Positions 14,672 to 26,334 of a stretch of 64,000 nucleotides of DNA are shown piece after piece. The stretch's first letter is position 1, and each line of letters opens with the position of its first letter. The notes under the pieces are model-generated. The model made no database searches, was not told the origin of the DNA, and worked only from the letters and a program-made list of their open reading frames with translations. A program made the position numbers and the translations under genes. This DNA is from Eledone cirrhosa (lineage: Eukaryota): positions 76,508,001-76,572,000 of the forward strand of contig OZ024742.1 of assembly GCA_964016885.1 (NCBI GenBank). Reading direction: 5' to 3'.

Positions 14672-14937
14672 TAATAATAATAATAATAATGATTTCTTTA
14701 TTAACCACAAGGGTTTACATAAAGTAGACATTAAGGACAGTGCAGGACAATACAGGACGGTACAAATGGGCATTTCTGCGTGTAATAAACAAAAACAGGA
14801 TGTAACAAAAAATAACAATGAAAAATTCCCCAATAAGTGGGGACTTCGGAGGGACATTTGTGGAGAAAGCCCGGTAAAAGGCCACAGTGACACTAACCAC
14901 CAAAGCAAGTGCCCTCTCCCAGTTTTCCACCTTTAAT

Positions 14938-17900
14938 TTACAGATATATACTCAGAGTAGGCCCATTCACTCAGGCCATTCTTGCTTCTCTCACTCATCT
15001 TTCAACAAAATGCTGGGAAGAGAGCACTTCCCTCTCTACTCTGATTTTCCTTTTCAAATGAAATTTGAAAAAGTCAATCAGAGCATCACCGAAGTGGTAA
15101 GTGCTGGTCTTCAGCCCTTTCAAACGTGTCCACCATACTATCTCTTTCGCTAAGGCCACCAGACAGATAAAAACTTCCTGCCCTTCCCGGCTAAAGGACG
15201 AGGGCGGACAATCCTCACGATGGACTCAGATTATAGCCGGATCCGTCCTACACGCGACAGCAGGTGTTCGACATAAACCCACAAGTCAGCAATTTTCGAA
15301 CACTGGACGAGTGCGTGCAGGACGGTTTCGTCGCCATGCGCGTATCTCGGACATGCCCGGCTGACGGCACCTCCATGCCTGTAGAGTTTATCCCGAACTG
15401 GCAAGGCTCCTCGGTAGCACTGCCAGGCCAGAGATTTCTGGAAGTTGTCCATAGGCCCTGGCCCGAAAGTTCTTCCGAAGAGATTGGCTAGTTGATTTTC
15501 GTCGACGCCTAGAGTTTCCCCAAGTACGTCGTCGCTCTTCCCCTCCACTTATCCTCTATAGAACGCCGAGGTGGAGTTTCCACCGATCACATTGCCCGAT
15601 TGGTCGAGGGCTGTGAGCGCCTGAAGACATTCCAGTCTCCAGGCGCTCCCTCTCGGTCTTCGCTTGACCCAGGACTGCAGCTCCGTCAAGAAAACGAGCT
15701 GCGGAAATACGTGTCTAGCAAACGGCGACCACACCTGATCACTGTCGAGGAAGAGGTGGAGATGTCGTAGCCCGAGCGCGTGCCTGGGCATCATCAGCCA
15801 CGGCATGCCAGCCCTCCACGTAGCGGGTGTTGACAACAGATGGACCGCCTGACCATCGGAGCGCGTCCCTTCCACTAAAAGCGAAAGAGCAAACGCTCCA
15901 GCGCATCAGGCGAGGCTTAGGACAAGGTCGACGTTCAGGCGGTAGCAGATGACAGACGCGATGTACGCGTTAGCCACCTGCGCTCGACCTTTCAGGGATA
16001 GCTTCCTCTCCGCCCATTTCTGGGTGAGAGAAGCCACCCTGCTCGTCACCTCGTCCCAGTTTTTGTCCGTCTGGAGGTCCGGAACGAACCAGACCCCTAG
16101 CAATTTAACCGGTCCGTCCGTCCAGCGTCCGACGACGCTGTTGGATGGCATGGACCTGCCTCTCCAGGTGCCGAGCTGCAGGCCCACTGACTTTTCCTGG
16201 TTGATCATTGCTCCTGTCACCGCTTCGGATTCTCTTAGTGTAGTGCCGATCGCCTCGATGTGTTTGTCGTTCGACACCACTACGGTGACATCGTCCGCAT
16301 ATGCTGACACGGATCTTCCGCATCCTAGTTCGCGCGGGACCCTCCTCAACGTCTCCAGTTTGTGCAGTAATGGCTCGAAAGTCAATACGTACAAGAGGGA
16401 CGAGAGGGGACATCATTGGCGGACCGAGCGCATGATGTTAAACAGTTCCGACAGGTGACCGTTCACTCTCACCACAGAGCAGATGTCGCTGTGCATGGCA
16501 GCGATCCAGCCTCTGAAGACGGGCCCAAAGCCAGCCGCCCTCAGGACTGACGCTAGGTAACGATGGTCGACCCTATCGAAAGCTTTCGACTGATCTAAAT
16601 TGATCAAGGACACATCCGTGCCAGGTTCCCTAGCTACCCTCTCTACGATGTATCGCATGAGGTGGAGGTTGTCGTGGATGGATCTGTCGGGAATGGCGCA
16701 TGTCTGCGCCTCTCCCACCAGACCACTAACGACAAGCGCCAACCTCTTTGCTAGAACCTTGGCCAAAATCTTTAACTCGGTGTTTAGCAGAGTTATGGGC
16801 CGGAAATTATCTATGACATCCCCCTTGTTCGGATCCTTTCTCAGCAGTGCCACCGCTCCTCGGCTCACAGAACTGTGAATTCTCCCGTTCTGTTTCCAGT
16901 TGCAGTAGACGTCCGCCAAGAGGCATCCGAACAAGTCTGGCATCTGTACGTAAAGTTCATAGGGCAGATCATCCAAACCAGGCGATTTACCCCTTGTGCA
17001 TCCAGTCATTGTCTCCCGTACTTCAGCGGCTGTTATCGGCTTTTCGCAACACTTCGCCTCAGTGGCCGAGAGCCGCGGCTGTCCGTCGAGGTAGACACTA
17101 AAGTCCATCCCTCGACCCGGACCGCTTACACGAACAGCTGAGTGAAGCGTCGCTGAAAAGCTTCACACATGTGCCCGGGATCGAGTAGCATGCGCCCGTC
17201 GTGGTCCACCACAGACCGGATCGTGGCTTTGTTGCCATGACGCGCCTCCGCCACTCGGGCCCATTGAACGGCTTTCGTCCCCTCGTGTCTGACAGCACGC
17301 ACCCTTGCTCTGACAACGCAGCCTTCGTGCTTTGCATTGAAGAATTGGTCAAGGGCCTATTTCGCCGCAAGCACGTCGGTCGCAATGCCTTTGCTATGCG
17401 CATCGTCTAATTTTCTAACTAGTTCTCCCTCTGCTCTATTTTTCTCTATTGCTAAAGCCTTACTAAACCTAATCGATTCTATTCTAATCGCTCTTTTCAG
17501 AGCAAACCACCATTTGTTGTTGACGATGGCCCCCGTCAACGCCCGCTTAACTAGTTCCCTAATCCGGTCTCTGTAGGTCTTGCGCGCTGGTAAGGACGCG
17601 TTTAGCTTCCAGTAGCCGGGTCCTCGTCTATGAAGCCTATCTAATTCAAGCACACAGATCACGAATTTGTGGTCCGTGTAGCTGACTATCTTGAATTGTG
17701 GACAGCCTATGCTAGACCTATTTATTTCCCTACAAAATACTCTATCTAGATATGATCTGGATGACCCTATGCGATTTGTCCAAGTCCACATTGGCACATT
17801 CGGGAAATCCAATAGGTACCTGTCAGACAGTTCAAAACGCCTGAGCAGGTTGGTGAGGCTCTTGCACCCTCCACCCCTATCCGCTAATCCCACACAGTCC

Positions 17901-18321
17901 CAGCGTGCATCTAAGATCCCGTTCCAGTCGCCCACTAACACTAAAGAGCGGGACGTTCCAAGAAACGTCTCCAGACGCCGGAAGAAATCAGGCCGCCCAG
18001 CCTGAAAGCTTTCCCGTCTCCGCTGGTCACGTCCTGCGCCACCAACTTACCCTCTGGGTCTAGCAAGATGGCCCGTATGGCAGGATCCAAACCTCTCCGA
18101 AAAAGCACAGCAACTCCTCCCCCCGATCCAGGACGGCTGGGAGATGCGTACACATCGTAGCCGCCGAAGATCGGTGCGAAGGCCCGTGCTTCGGAGATTC
18201 TGGTCTCGCTGATGGCCACTATATCTATGTTTAGTGACCTGAGGTCGTTGAGCAGGTGACCCTGCTCCCATGACGACCCCAAGCCACGCGCATTTATACT
18301 GCCTATTCTGAGTTAGGTCAT
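14938..18321 (-). pseudogene. Tx1/L1 ORF2: APE endonuclease, RT and C-terminal zinc-finger-like region
   Basis: IGSINARGL, ISET, GDWN, YLDRVF, TDHK, GYWKLN, KSPGLD, FRPITLLN, LDQSKAFDRVDH, AYADD, CPRY..GDETVLHALVQC. Several frameshifts and stops. Confidence 0.92.
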
Positions 18322-18329
18322 GTTTAAAA

Positions 18330-20473
18330 TAGAGTGGAAAAGATGGGAAAGACTACTTACCGTACTTTTCGTGGAGGAGGGATGGTTTTTACATCCCTTT
18401 TCACTTGATCGTCTGGTGAAGGGACCGTTGAATCGTCCCTTCGGCTGGTCGTCGGCTCTTCTATGAGTATGTCCGAATATACTCTTCGGTTGATAGTTCC
18501 TCCTAGGTCTCTGAAATCACCAACTGCGTTGGGGAATTTCGTTTTAATGTTTGTGTATTGTTTCTGTGCTATTTACAGCAGCCTTATGTTAGTTGGCGTT
18601 TTGATTGGTGCTGGTATTATGTAGTCGTGTTGTGAAATGTCTGTGTGTTCAATTATGTAAGTCATTAGTTTCTTGTGTGTATTTATTGCCGTGCATTTGT
18701 TTTTCTGGGGTTAGGGTGTGGTTCTGCTATTTTCTTATCGTTGTTGCTGGGTGCGTGTGTTTTGTTGTTGTGTTTGCGATGTTGGTGCTGGTGGTGGTGG
18801 TGTTGAAGGTGTTGTTGGCGGTGGGGTTGTCGCCGGTGGTGATGGGGGTGCTAGTGTGGGTGGTAATGGTGTTGGTGATGTTGCTGCTGTGAGTCTCTTT
18901 GCAGTAGACTTTACTCTTTTTTCATTTCTTTCATCCCGTTTCAAAGGCGACGATGCGCTGCTTCTGCGTTTGTGCCTTCTTACGACATTTTGCCATCCCT
19001 CTCCCACCTTACACTCCATGTCTGATTCTGTGAGGTCGGGGAGGGGTACCAGCTTCACTCTTTCACTTGTTGTTGTTGGTGATGTTTGCACTGGAGTCTC
19101 TGTTGCAACTGCATTTGGTATTGCTGTTGGTGTTGTTAATACTTCCACTGCTGCTGCTGTTTTTGATTTCCGTGGCGTGTGTATGGGTGCCACGGACCTA
19201 TCGTTCCTGGTTGCCGCTTGTCCTGTTGCTGGTAGCCGTGGAGCCGGTTTCGGAAGGAGGGGGTTTTCTCCTTTCTCAGGGTCTTCTCGTTGCAGAAGCC
19301 CCTGAGGTGAGTCTTCGATCCACAGCGAAAGCATTTCGGGCATTTGCCCTCAACACTTATGGGCAGTTGAGAGCCGTTATCGAAGTCTATCACATCCGGG
19401 ATAGCTTCGATGCACTCCTGGTTGGTTTGGATTAACATCTCAATGGAGGTGCCGACCCAATCTTCTCTTACTTTTTTCTGTACTTGCAGTACAGTTGTTT
19501 TGTCCTCGATTCCGACGAGGACAGACGCGGCCAGCCAAGAAGGGGCCATCCGGGGGGGGGGGGGGGGTACGGGACGTGGGTCAGTTTGACCCTCACAATT
19601 TTTTTGCCCGCAGTAGGAGGGCACCAACACCATTTCCTCATTCCTTAGGGTCACTACGGATTGAGCCTTTGCTTCCTGGGGTGTGGCAAAAAGTACGTCT
19701 ACGGTGGCATATTTCTTGCCTCGGGTGATGTGCATTTTTCGCTGCCACACAGACCCCAAGGCTTTTTGTATTTGAGCCTCTGTGGCTCTTTCAACCCTAC
19801 GGGATGTTCAACTTACTGTACGGTACCTGACCGTACGGTGCTGTTGGGTTTCGAAAAATGTTTCCGCTGCCTTGCAGATTGCTCGGTGTTAAGTATTAAT
19901 CACCATCTTCTTCGCTTCCTCTAATTCCTCATTTGTTATGAGGATTGTTTCCAGGTTCTTCGCGATACCTGCAAACGAGATTGGTTTTTCTTTGCTGCTG
20001 TTGTTGTTGTTGTTGTCGTCAGAGCTGCTGTTACTTTTGTTGTTGCTGCAGGTACTACGACTACTGCCGCCGCCGCTGTTGCTGTGGTTGTTGTTGTTGT
20101 TGCTGCTGCTAATGCTGTTGTTGTTTATGCTGCTGCTGGTGCTGTTGTGGCTGCTACTGTTGTTTTCATTGTCACCGTTGCTGTTGTTATTACGGCTGCT
20201 ACTGCTATTATTCCTGACGTCAGACGAATGAAATGGATTTTCGTATTTCCCGCACACCTGTTTCGTCGTTGTCGTCGTCGTCGTGGAGAAATCTTGCACG
20301 CTTTGCACGAGACTTTTCTTTTCTGTCGTTGCTTGCGAAAGAGAAGGGAGGGAGAGAGACACATTTAAAGAAGGGAGAGAGAGAGACAATCTTCTCTCTG
20401 CGGTAGTGACGATTGAGGAAGAAGAAGACGGAATGAGTGGGAGTGACCTATGAACATTCTTTTTCGTAGCCAT
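18330..20473 (-). pseudogene. Tx1/L1 ORF1 (gag-like) with CCHC knuckle and low-complexity N/S and P/T tracts
   Basis: ORF fragments 19889..20506, 19136..19759 (CFRCGSKTHLRGFC) and 18735..19343 (WQNVVRRHKRR). Frameshifted, 3' end approximate. Confidence 0.75.
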
Positions 20474-20695
20474 GTTTTTTTTGTTTAAAATAAATATTGG
20501 GCACAAAACCCCAATAAGCAGTTATTTAACCTCGAAGGGCCAAATAACGGGCAGAAAGACCCCTCTCACGAGTAGGAGGGTGTTTTTGTCTACAAGTTGG
20601 TTAAAGTTTTAAACAATTTACAATTGTTATAGCGTTCAAAATTTACAATACCTTACAGAGCCGAGCCTCCGTCAACCATAGCATTCAATAATAAA

Positions 20696-20737
<42 letters not shown>

Positions 20738-20738
<1 letters not shown>

Positions 20739-23700
20739 GTAAAAAACGAGAAAAACAGAGAAAAACAAAAACAAAAAAAGAAACCCCAAAAACGTAAAGA
20801 AAATAAGAATGAAGAGAGAAGCAGGCGGACGGACAGAGAAGAGGGGGGAAAAAGTAAAACTTAAAAAACAAAAACTAAGTCAGACATTCGAATACTACAT
20901 TACAATGAAACTTAAACTTATGCTTATTCATTTTTGGGGCCCTTTCTGCCCGTGTGTTTGTTTGTTTATGTGTGTCCGTATACAGCGTGGTGATAATGCC
21001 ACACAAGGGCCAAGTGGGATGGCGGATCCACAGATGGCTATGTAAACATACATTCGCCAATCCTCGATAAGAGTGTTTAAATATCGAACATAAACAGTTC
21101 GAATAACGGTGAAATGGAGACTAGAACGTCATGTGACAGACTCTCACCCAACAGGTGCCCCCTGGCTCAGCAGCAGGAACCTGACTGTCAACCAAATACT
21201 GCTGATGTTGGAGGAAGAAGAAGAAGGAAAGGGGCCAGAACCAACTGGACGAAAGAATTGAATAGAACTGTTATGCAATGCTACCTGAAAAGTAACCCCA
21301 AGGAGAGGGGCTACAGGAGACGGATGCATAACATCTGGAACGAGATTGGTTTATTTAAATTAGATGAACAAAAATTGGCCGGGCAGGCTCGGGTAATAAG
21401 AACTAATGGGTGGATAAGCGAGCTGGAACTGGAGGAACTGAGCAGAGAGAATGGCTTAGAGATGGCGGGTGTAGTATGCCAGACAAGCGAGCCGGCGGGA
21501 AATGAAGGTGAGGAGGTCCTGAGAACGGAGGAACCACCCGAAGCAGACAATGATCTGAATACTGAGATAAATAATACCTGGAACAGAGATACGGCCACTG
21601 AGGAGATGAATGCTGACGGGCTAGGACAAGATTCGGTTGACATCCTAAATTTAGTGGTAGATGAGTTGAACAATGATAGTGGGAGACCTATGAACCTAAG
21701 ATTTGTAGACAGGAAAAAGTTAAAAGAAACAACAGCTAAGGTAAACAAAGTCATCCCATACCTTGAGGCGAGGAGTCTTCACCAGTGCAACAATATCCTC
21801 AAAGCAACAGCAAATACGGTGAGGAAACTACTTGGTATAAAAGCGAGAGGAAACAACAGACAAGAAAGAGCAGAGCCGTGGTGGAAGAAGCGACTGAGTG
21901 GGCAAATCGGGGAAATGAGAAATGACATGGGAAAGCTTGAGTCACTACTGAATGGGACACTAAAAAACATAGGCACTAAAAATAGACTGGAAATAAAATA
22001 CAAAACTAGGAGTAAAAAGCTAAATATTATCATAGAGGAATTGAAGCAACGCATTGTAGCAAAGAGTGCCAAAATCAGGCGATACGAGAACAGAGTCAGT
22101 CAGTATAAACAGAACCGCATGTTCGACAACAACCAGAAGAGGCTGTTTGGACAGCTTGAGGGGAAAGAAAGAGGCAACGGCTTGATCCCTGGGGCGGAAC
22201 AAGCTAAAACATTCTGGAGAGGAATATGGGAGCAGGATGTTAGACACAATGCCCAGGCAGGGTGGATTGAGACAGTACAGAGGGAGATCGGTGAGCAGGC
22301 ACGGCAACAGACTGATTTGAGTATCACAGTTGAAACTCTTAAGGGGCAAGCCAAAAAACTAACCAACTGGAAATCACCAGGCCCAGATGGTGTGCAGGGG
22401 TATTGGATTAAACATTTAACATCCCTCCACCCGAAGCTGACGGCCATGTTCAATGACTGCTTGGTGTCGGGTGAGGTGCCAGAGTGGTTGACAAAAGGTA
22501 CTACAGTTCTGATAATGAAAGACCGAATCAAGGGTAATGATGTTACCAACTATAGACCTATCACATGTCTGCCCGTAATGTGGAAACTGTTGACGAGCAT
22601 TGTGTCTGAGGAAATCTACCATCACCTCCACACAAACAACTTGTTGCCGGACGAACAGAAAGGATGCCGAAAGAAGTCACGTGGTACAAAGGACCAGTTG
22701 CTTATTGATAAGATGGTAATGGGGAATTGCAGGAGGAGACACACTGATCTTGCCATGGGATGGATAGACTACAGAAAGGCATTTGACATGGTGCCTCATT
22801 CCTGGATCACCAAAAGCCTGGAGATCTTCAGGGTGGCAGATAACATCAGACAGTTGCTGGGCAGGAGTATGGGGTCCTGGGAGACAGAGTTGACATCAAC
22901 TGGAGTATCCTTGGGAAGCGTGAAGATCAAGAGAGGTATCTTCCAGGGAGATAGCCTGTCCCCTCTGTTGTTTGTCCTTGCCCTGATGCCCTTGACCATT
23001 ATGCTGCGAAAAGTGAGAGCAGGATACAAGTTGGGAAGGGGAGAGCTTACCATCAATCACCTCCTCTTCATGGACGATCTTAAGCTCTTCGGGAAAAGTG
23101 AGAAGGAGTTGGATGTGCTTGTTGACACTGTCCGTATTTTCAGCAGTGATATATGTATGCAGTTTGGTATTGGTAAATGTGGAGTCATTGTGATGAGGAG
23201 GGGTAGGTTGAGCAGAAGTAACGGGATCCAGATACCAACAGGTGAGATGATAAAGGAAATTGACTCTGAGGAAGGATACAAGTATTTGGGCGTTCTGGAG
23301 GCTGATGGCATAAAGAACAAAAAAATGAAGGAATTGTTAAGAACTGAATACATTCGGAGAGTAAGGAGCGTATTGAAGTCACATCTGAACAGCAGAAATG
23401 CCATAAGCGCAGTAAATTCCCGAGCTGTGTCTATTATTAGGTACAGTGCGGGAATTCTGAGATGGAATGTTGCTGAACAAAAAGAAATGGATAGGAAGAC
23501 TAGGAAGCTATTGACTATCTACAACATGTTCCACAACAGGAGTGATGTCGATAGACTCTACCTAAGGAGATCTGAGGGTGGAAGAGGTCTTATCAGCATA
23601 GAGGACTGTGTTCAGATGGAGAAAAACAACCTATACAAATACGTGACCTATAGTAAGGAGCCAATGCTCAGAGCTGTACTGAAGGAGGGGACAGTAGGCC

Positions 23701-24580
23701 AGGGGATACCCAAGGAGGAAATAACATCAAGGAGGAAGAGCAGCCTTAAGGGAAAATCCCTTCATAGTACCTTCTTTGAGAAAACTGAATTTAGAGATCC
23801 ACAGACATGGAACTGGTTGAGAAGAGGAGACCTCAAAAAGGCTACAGAAGGAATGCTAATGGCTGCGCAGGAGCAGGCCCTCAAAACGAAGTGGTTGAAG
23901 CACCATATCTACAAGGAGGAGGCTAGCCCACTGTGCAGGATCTGTGGAGTGAGAGAGGAGACTGTGGCTCACATTGTGTCCGAGTGTAAACACCTAGCCC
24001 AGACCCACTATAAGGGCTGGAGACACGATGTGATGGGCAGGGTGATCCACTGGCACCTGTGCAAAGTAAGCAATCTACCACATTCTGAGAAATGGTATGA
24101 GCATAGGCCAGAGGCGGTGATGGAGAACAGTCAGGTGAAGGTGCTGTGGGATTTTAGGATACAGACGGACAAAAAACTGGAACACAATAGACCTGACCTG
24201 GTGGTTGTGGACAAAGAAAAAAGATCGTGCCTGATTGTGGATGTGGCCTGCCCGTTCGACACGAGAGTGCAAGAGAAGGAGAGGGAGAAAATTAACCGAT
24301 ACCAGGACCTAAAGTGGGAGGTGAAAAGGATTTGGAACTGCCATGAAGTCAAACTGATCCCGATTGTCATGGGCGCACCAGGGACTATCTCAAAAATGTT
24401 TCCAGGGATGGTTAAAGAAAATTGGCCCCTTCACGCTTTTTGGAACGCTTCAAAGGGCATGCTTGCTGGGAACAGCAGAACCCTCCGATACGTCCTGAAT
24501 ATCTGAGACTGCAGGTAGTGGCTTGATATTCATCTCAACAAACTTTCCAGTTAACTAACATCAATGACTGAGACTCAAAG
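20738..24580 (+). mobile_element. R4/Dong-like restriction-like-endonuclease LINE inserted in (TAA)n
   Basis: Single long ORF with (TAA)n at 20686-20737 and TAATAACAATAATAAT at ~24583-24598. The R4-clade Dong family is known to target TAA repeats. Confidence 0.85.
21114..24506 (+). CDS. RT + CCHC zinc knuckle + PD-(D/E)xK endonuclease polyprotein, 1130 aa
   Basis: KSPGPDG, YRPITCL, IDYRKAFD, QGDSLSPLLF, FMDD, CRICGVREETVAHIVSEC, RPDLVVVD..IVDVACP. Confidence 0.95.
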   Translation: METRTSCDRLSPNRCPLAQQQEPDCQPNTADVGGRRRRKGARTNWTKELNRTVMQCYLKSNPKERGYRRRMHNIWNEIGLFKLDEQKLAGQARVIRTNGWISELELEELSRENGLEMAGVVCQTSEPAGNEGEEVLRTEEPPEADNDLNTEINNTWNRDTATEEMNADGLGQDSVDILNLVVDELNNDSGRPMNLRFVDRKKLKETTAKVNKVIPYLEARSLHQCNNILKATANTVRKLLGIKARGNNRQERAEPWWKKRLSGQIGEMRNDMGKLESLLNGTLKNIGTKNRLEIKYKTRSKKLNIIIEELKQRIVAKSAKIRRYENRVSQYKQNRMFDNNQKRLFGQLEGKERGNGLIPGAEQAKTFWRGIWEQDVRHNAQAGWIETVQREIGEQARQQTDLSITVETLKGQAKKLTNWKSPGPDGVQGYWIKHLTSLHPKLTAMFNDCLVSGEVPEWLTKGTTVLIMKDRIKGNDVTNYRPITCLPVMWKLLTSIVSEEIYHHLHTNNLLPDEQKGCRKKSRGTKDQLLIDKMVMGNCRRRHTDLAMGWIDYRKAFDMVPHSWITKSLEIFRVADNIRQLLGRSMGSWETELTSTGVSLGSVKIKRGIFQGDSLSPLLFVLALMPLTIMLRKVRAGYKLGRGELTINHLLFMDDLKLFGKSEKELDVLVDTVRIFSSDICMQFGIGKCGVIVMRRGRLSRSNGIQIPTGEMIKEIDSEEGYKYLGVLEADGIKNKKMKELLRTEYIRRVRSVLKSHLNSRNAISAVNSRAVSIIRYSAGILRWNVAEQKEMDRKTRKLLTIYNMFHNRSDVDRLYLRRSEGGRGLISIEDCVQMEKNNLYKYVTYSKEPMLRAVLKEGTVGQGIPKEEITSRRKSSLKGKSLHSTFFEKTEFRDPQTWNWLRRGDLKKATEGMLMAAQEQALKTKWLKHHIYKEEASPLCRICGVREETVAHIVSECKHLAQTHYKGWRHDVMGRVIHWHLCKVSNLPHSEKWYEHRPEAVMENSQVKVLWDFRIQTDKKLEHNRPDLVVVDKEKRSCLIVDVACPFDTRVQEKEREKINRYQDLKWEVKRIWNCHEVKLIPIVMGAPGTISKMFPGMVKENWPLHAFWNASKGMLAGNSRTLRYVLNI

Positions 24581-25429
24581 AGTAATAACAATAATAATAT
24601 TTATTTTTATATATACACTATATATAATTATAAACCGGAAAGGTCAGTAATTCGTCATTACCTTATTATCAGTAAGAAAAATAGCTCAATGTAAATACAT
24701 CAGATATTTTACAGAGCCGGAATATAAATTACAGAATAATCAAAACTATGTTAAAAACATGTTTCTTTCAAACATTCGTTTCGATTTCATCGGAGCACTA
24801 GCAAAATTTAGACATATAATTAACCTCCTATTCCACAGAACAATCGTAAAGATGTGTAGATGTTAGTGTTGTCATTAACAGTGTCATATTTAAAGAGTGA
24901 AGCTGATGTGTTCATAAGATTATAAAAGAATAATACAACAATTATAGAGTAATTAAAGAAGAAACTTTGTCGTAAAACGATAATATTAGCGGTACATTAA
25001 CGGTACATATGCAAAGATGTACAGAATAACCAGGTAAGAAACAAGCAATGGTACTAAGCATATATATATCACAGTATGGCAAAGGTATCCCATAATACAA
25101 TACATGTATAAAAGTATATTAAGCAGACAGAGATGCGTGGGTATGAAAATCAGTTTCTATGAAGTTTATGGTGGATGCAATATGATAATTGTTACGGTAA
25201 TTTTCAAATGTGCATGTGTTGTGAGTATTAATATTAAGGTTTTGCTTTCCATTACATTGGTTATATTTTAGTAAATATTTATTAGTAGCTACAACTATGG
25301 ATTGTATGTTGGTCCTATTAAAATCTTATCAAGGGTTCGAGTTGTTCTGGAGTGTTCTGTCTAACGGTTTAACAGATCACAGACTGTCAGCAATAAAATG
25401 TTTTGAACATAGTTTTGATTATTCCGTAA

Positions 25430-25469
<40 letters not shown>

Positions 25470-26145
25470 ATATTAATAAATGGAAAATATATTTATAAAA
25501 CCATATTTATTTTATCATATATATTTCAAGGGCAACCAAGGCAAATTATGGTGTGCCTTCATCAGATAAAATGCAGATTTGTTTTATAAATAAATATTGA
25601 CATTCCCGGAAAAAAGACAACCTTAACGGTTGGAGCTTCCTGGATAGTGGAGATATTATTTTATTGGGGGTAATACAAATTTATGAGTGAGTATGCAAAT
25701 GAGTGTCCGAAAAGTTGAAAAGATAACGGTTTATTTAAATTAAACTGTTGGAAGAAGAGGATATGTAATGGAGAGAGAAAAGAAAAAGAAAAAGAAAAGG
25801 AAGGAGAAAGAGAGAAGAGGAAAGAAAAAACGATTATACATATTGATAGTGAAGATAGTCAAGAGTGAACGTAGAAATATATATTAATGGAAGAATATAG
25901 AGCGTAAATATATCTATGTGAAAGAAGAAATAATATTAACGGGGAAGGATAATATTTAGAATGTATGGATCATTACGTTGTGATTATAATATTTATAATG
26001 ATAAGTTGAAAAAATTAAAATTAAAAATTAAATATCAAAATTAAAGATTAAAATTTTTCTTAATATTAAAAATTTAATTTAATATTAATATTAAAAATAA
26101 AAAAAAATTAAAATAGAAGTATTTATATTATATTGTATTAGTAAT

Positions 26146-26334
26146 AATTGTTTCTACTTTAGGTACAAGGCCAGCAATTACCCAGTGCATTACTGGTACT
26201 TTATTTAATCGACCCCGTAAGGATGAAAGGCAAAGTCAGCCTCGGCGGGATTTGAACTCAGATCGTAAAGGCACGTAACTATGCTGGAAAGCATGGCGTC
26301 CGATCCTCCACCGATACTGCTAATCTACCGCCCT
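26146..26334 (-). mobile_element. tRNA-derived SINE in the left arm of the foldback
   Basis: Homologous to 2478-2668 and absent from the right arm. Confidence 0.9.

Larger units (their letters stand above)
14691..20685 (-). mobile_element. Full-length but decayed L1/Tx1-like non-LTR retrotransposon
   Basis: Two-ORF structure, AATAAA (minus, ~14697-14702) followed by a (TTA)n tail at 14641-14690, and (TAA)n at the 5' side. Confidence 0.9.

Noticed and set aside
19938-20368. Poly-Leu and poly-Val/Ala ORFs
   Set aside because: They are antisense frames of the low-complexity Tx1 ORF1.
20930-21055. HDV-like or twister ribozyme in the R4 5' region (GGCCCTT/AAGGGCC pairing)
   Set aside because: I could not place P3/L3, P1.1 or a catalytic junction by eye. 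A descriptor search would settle it.
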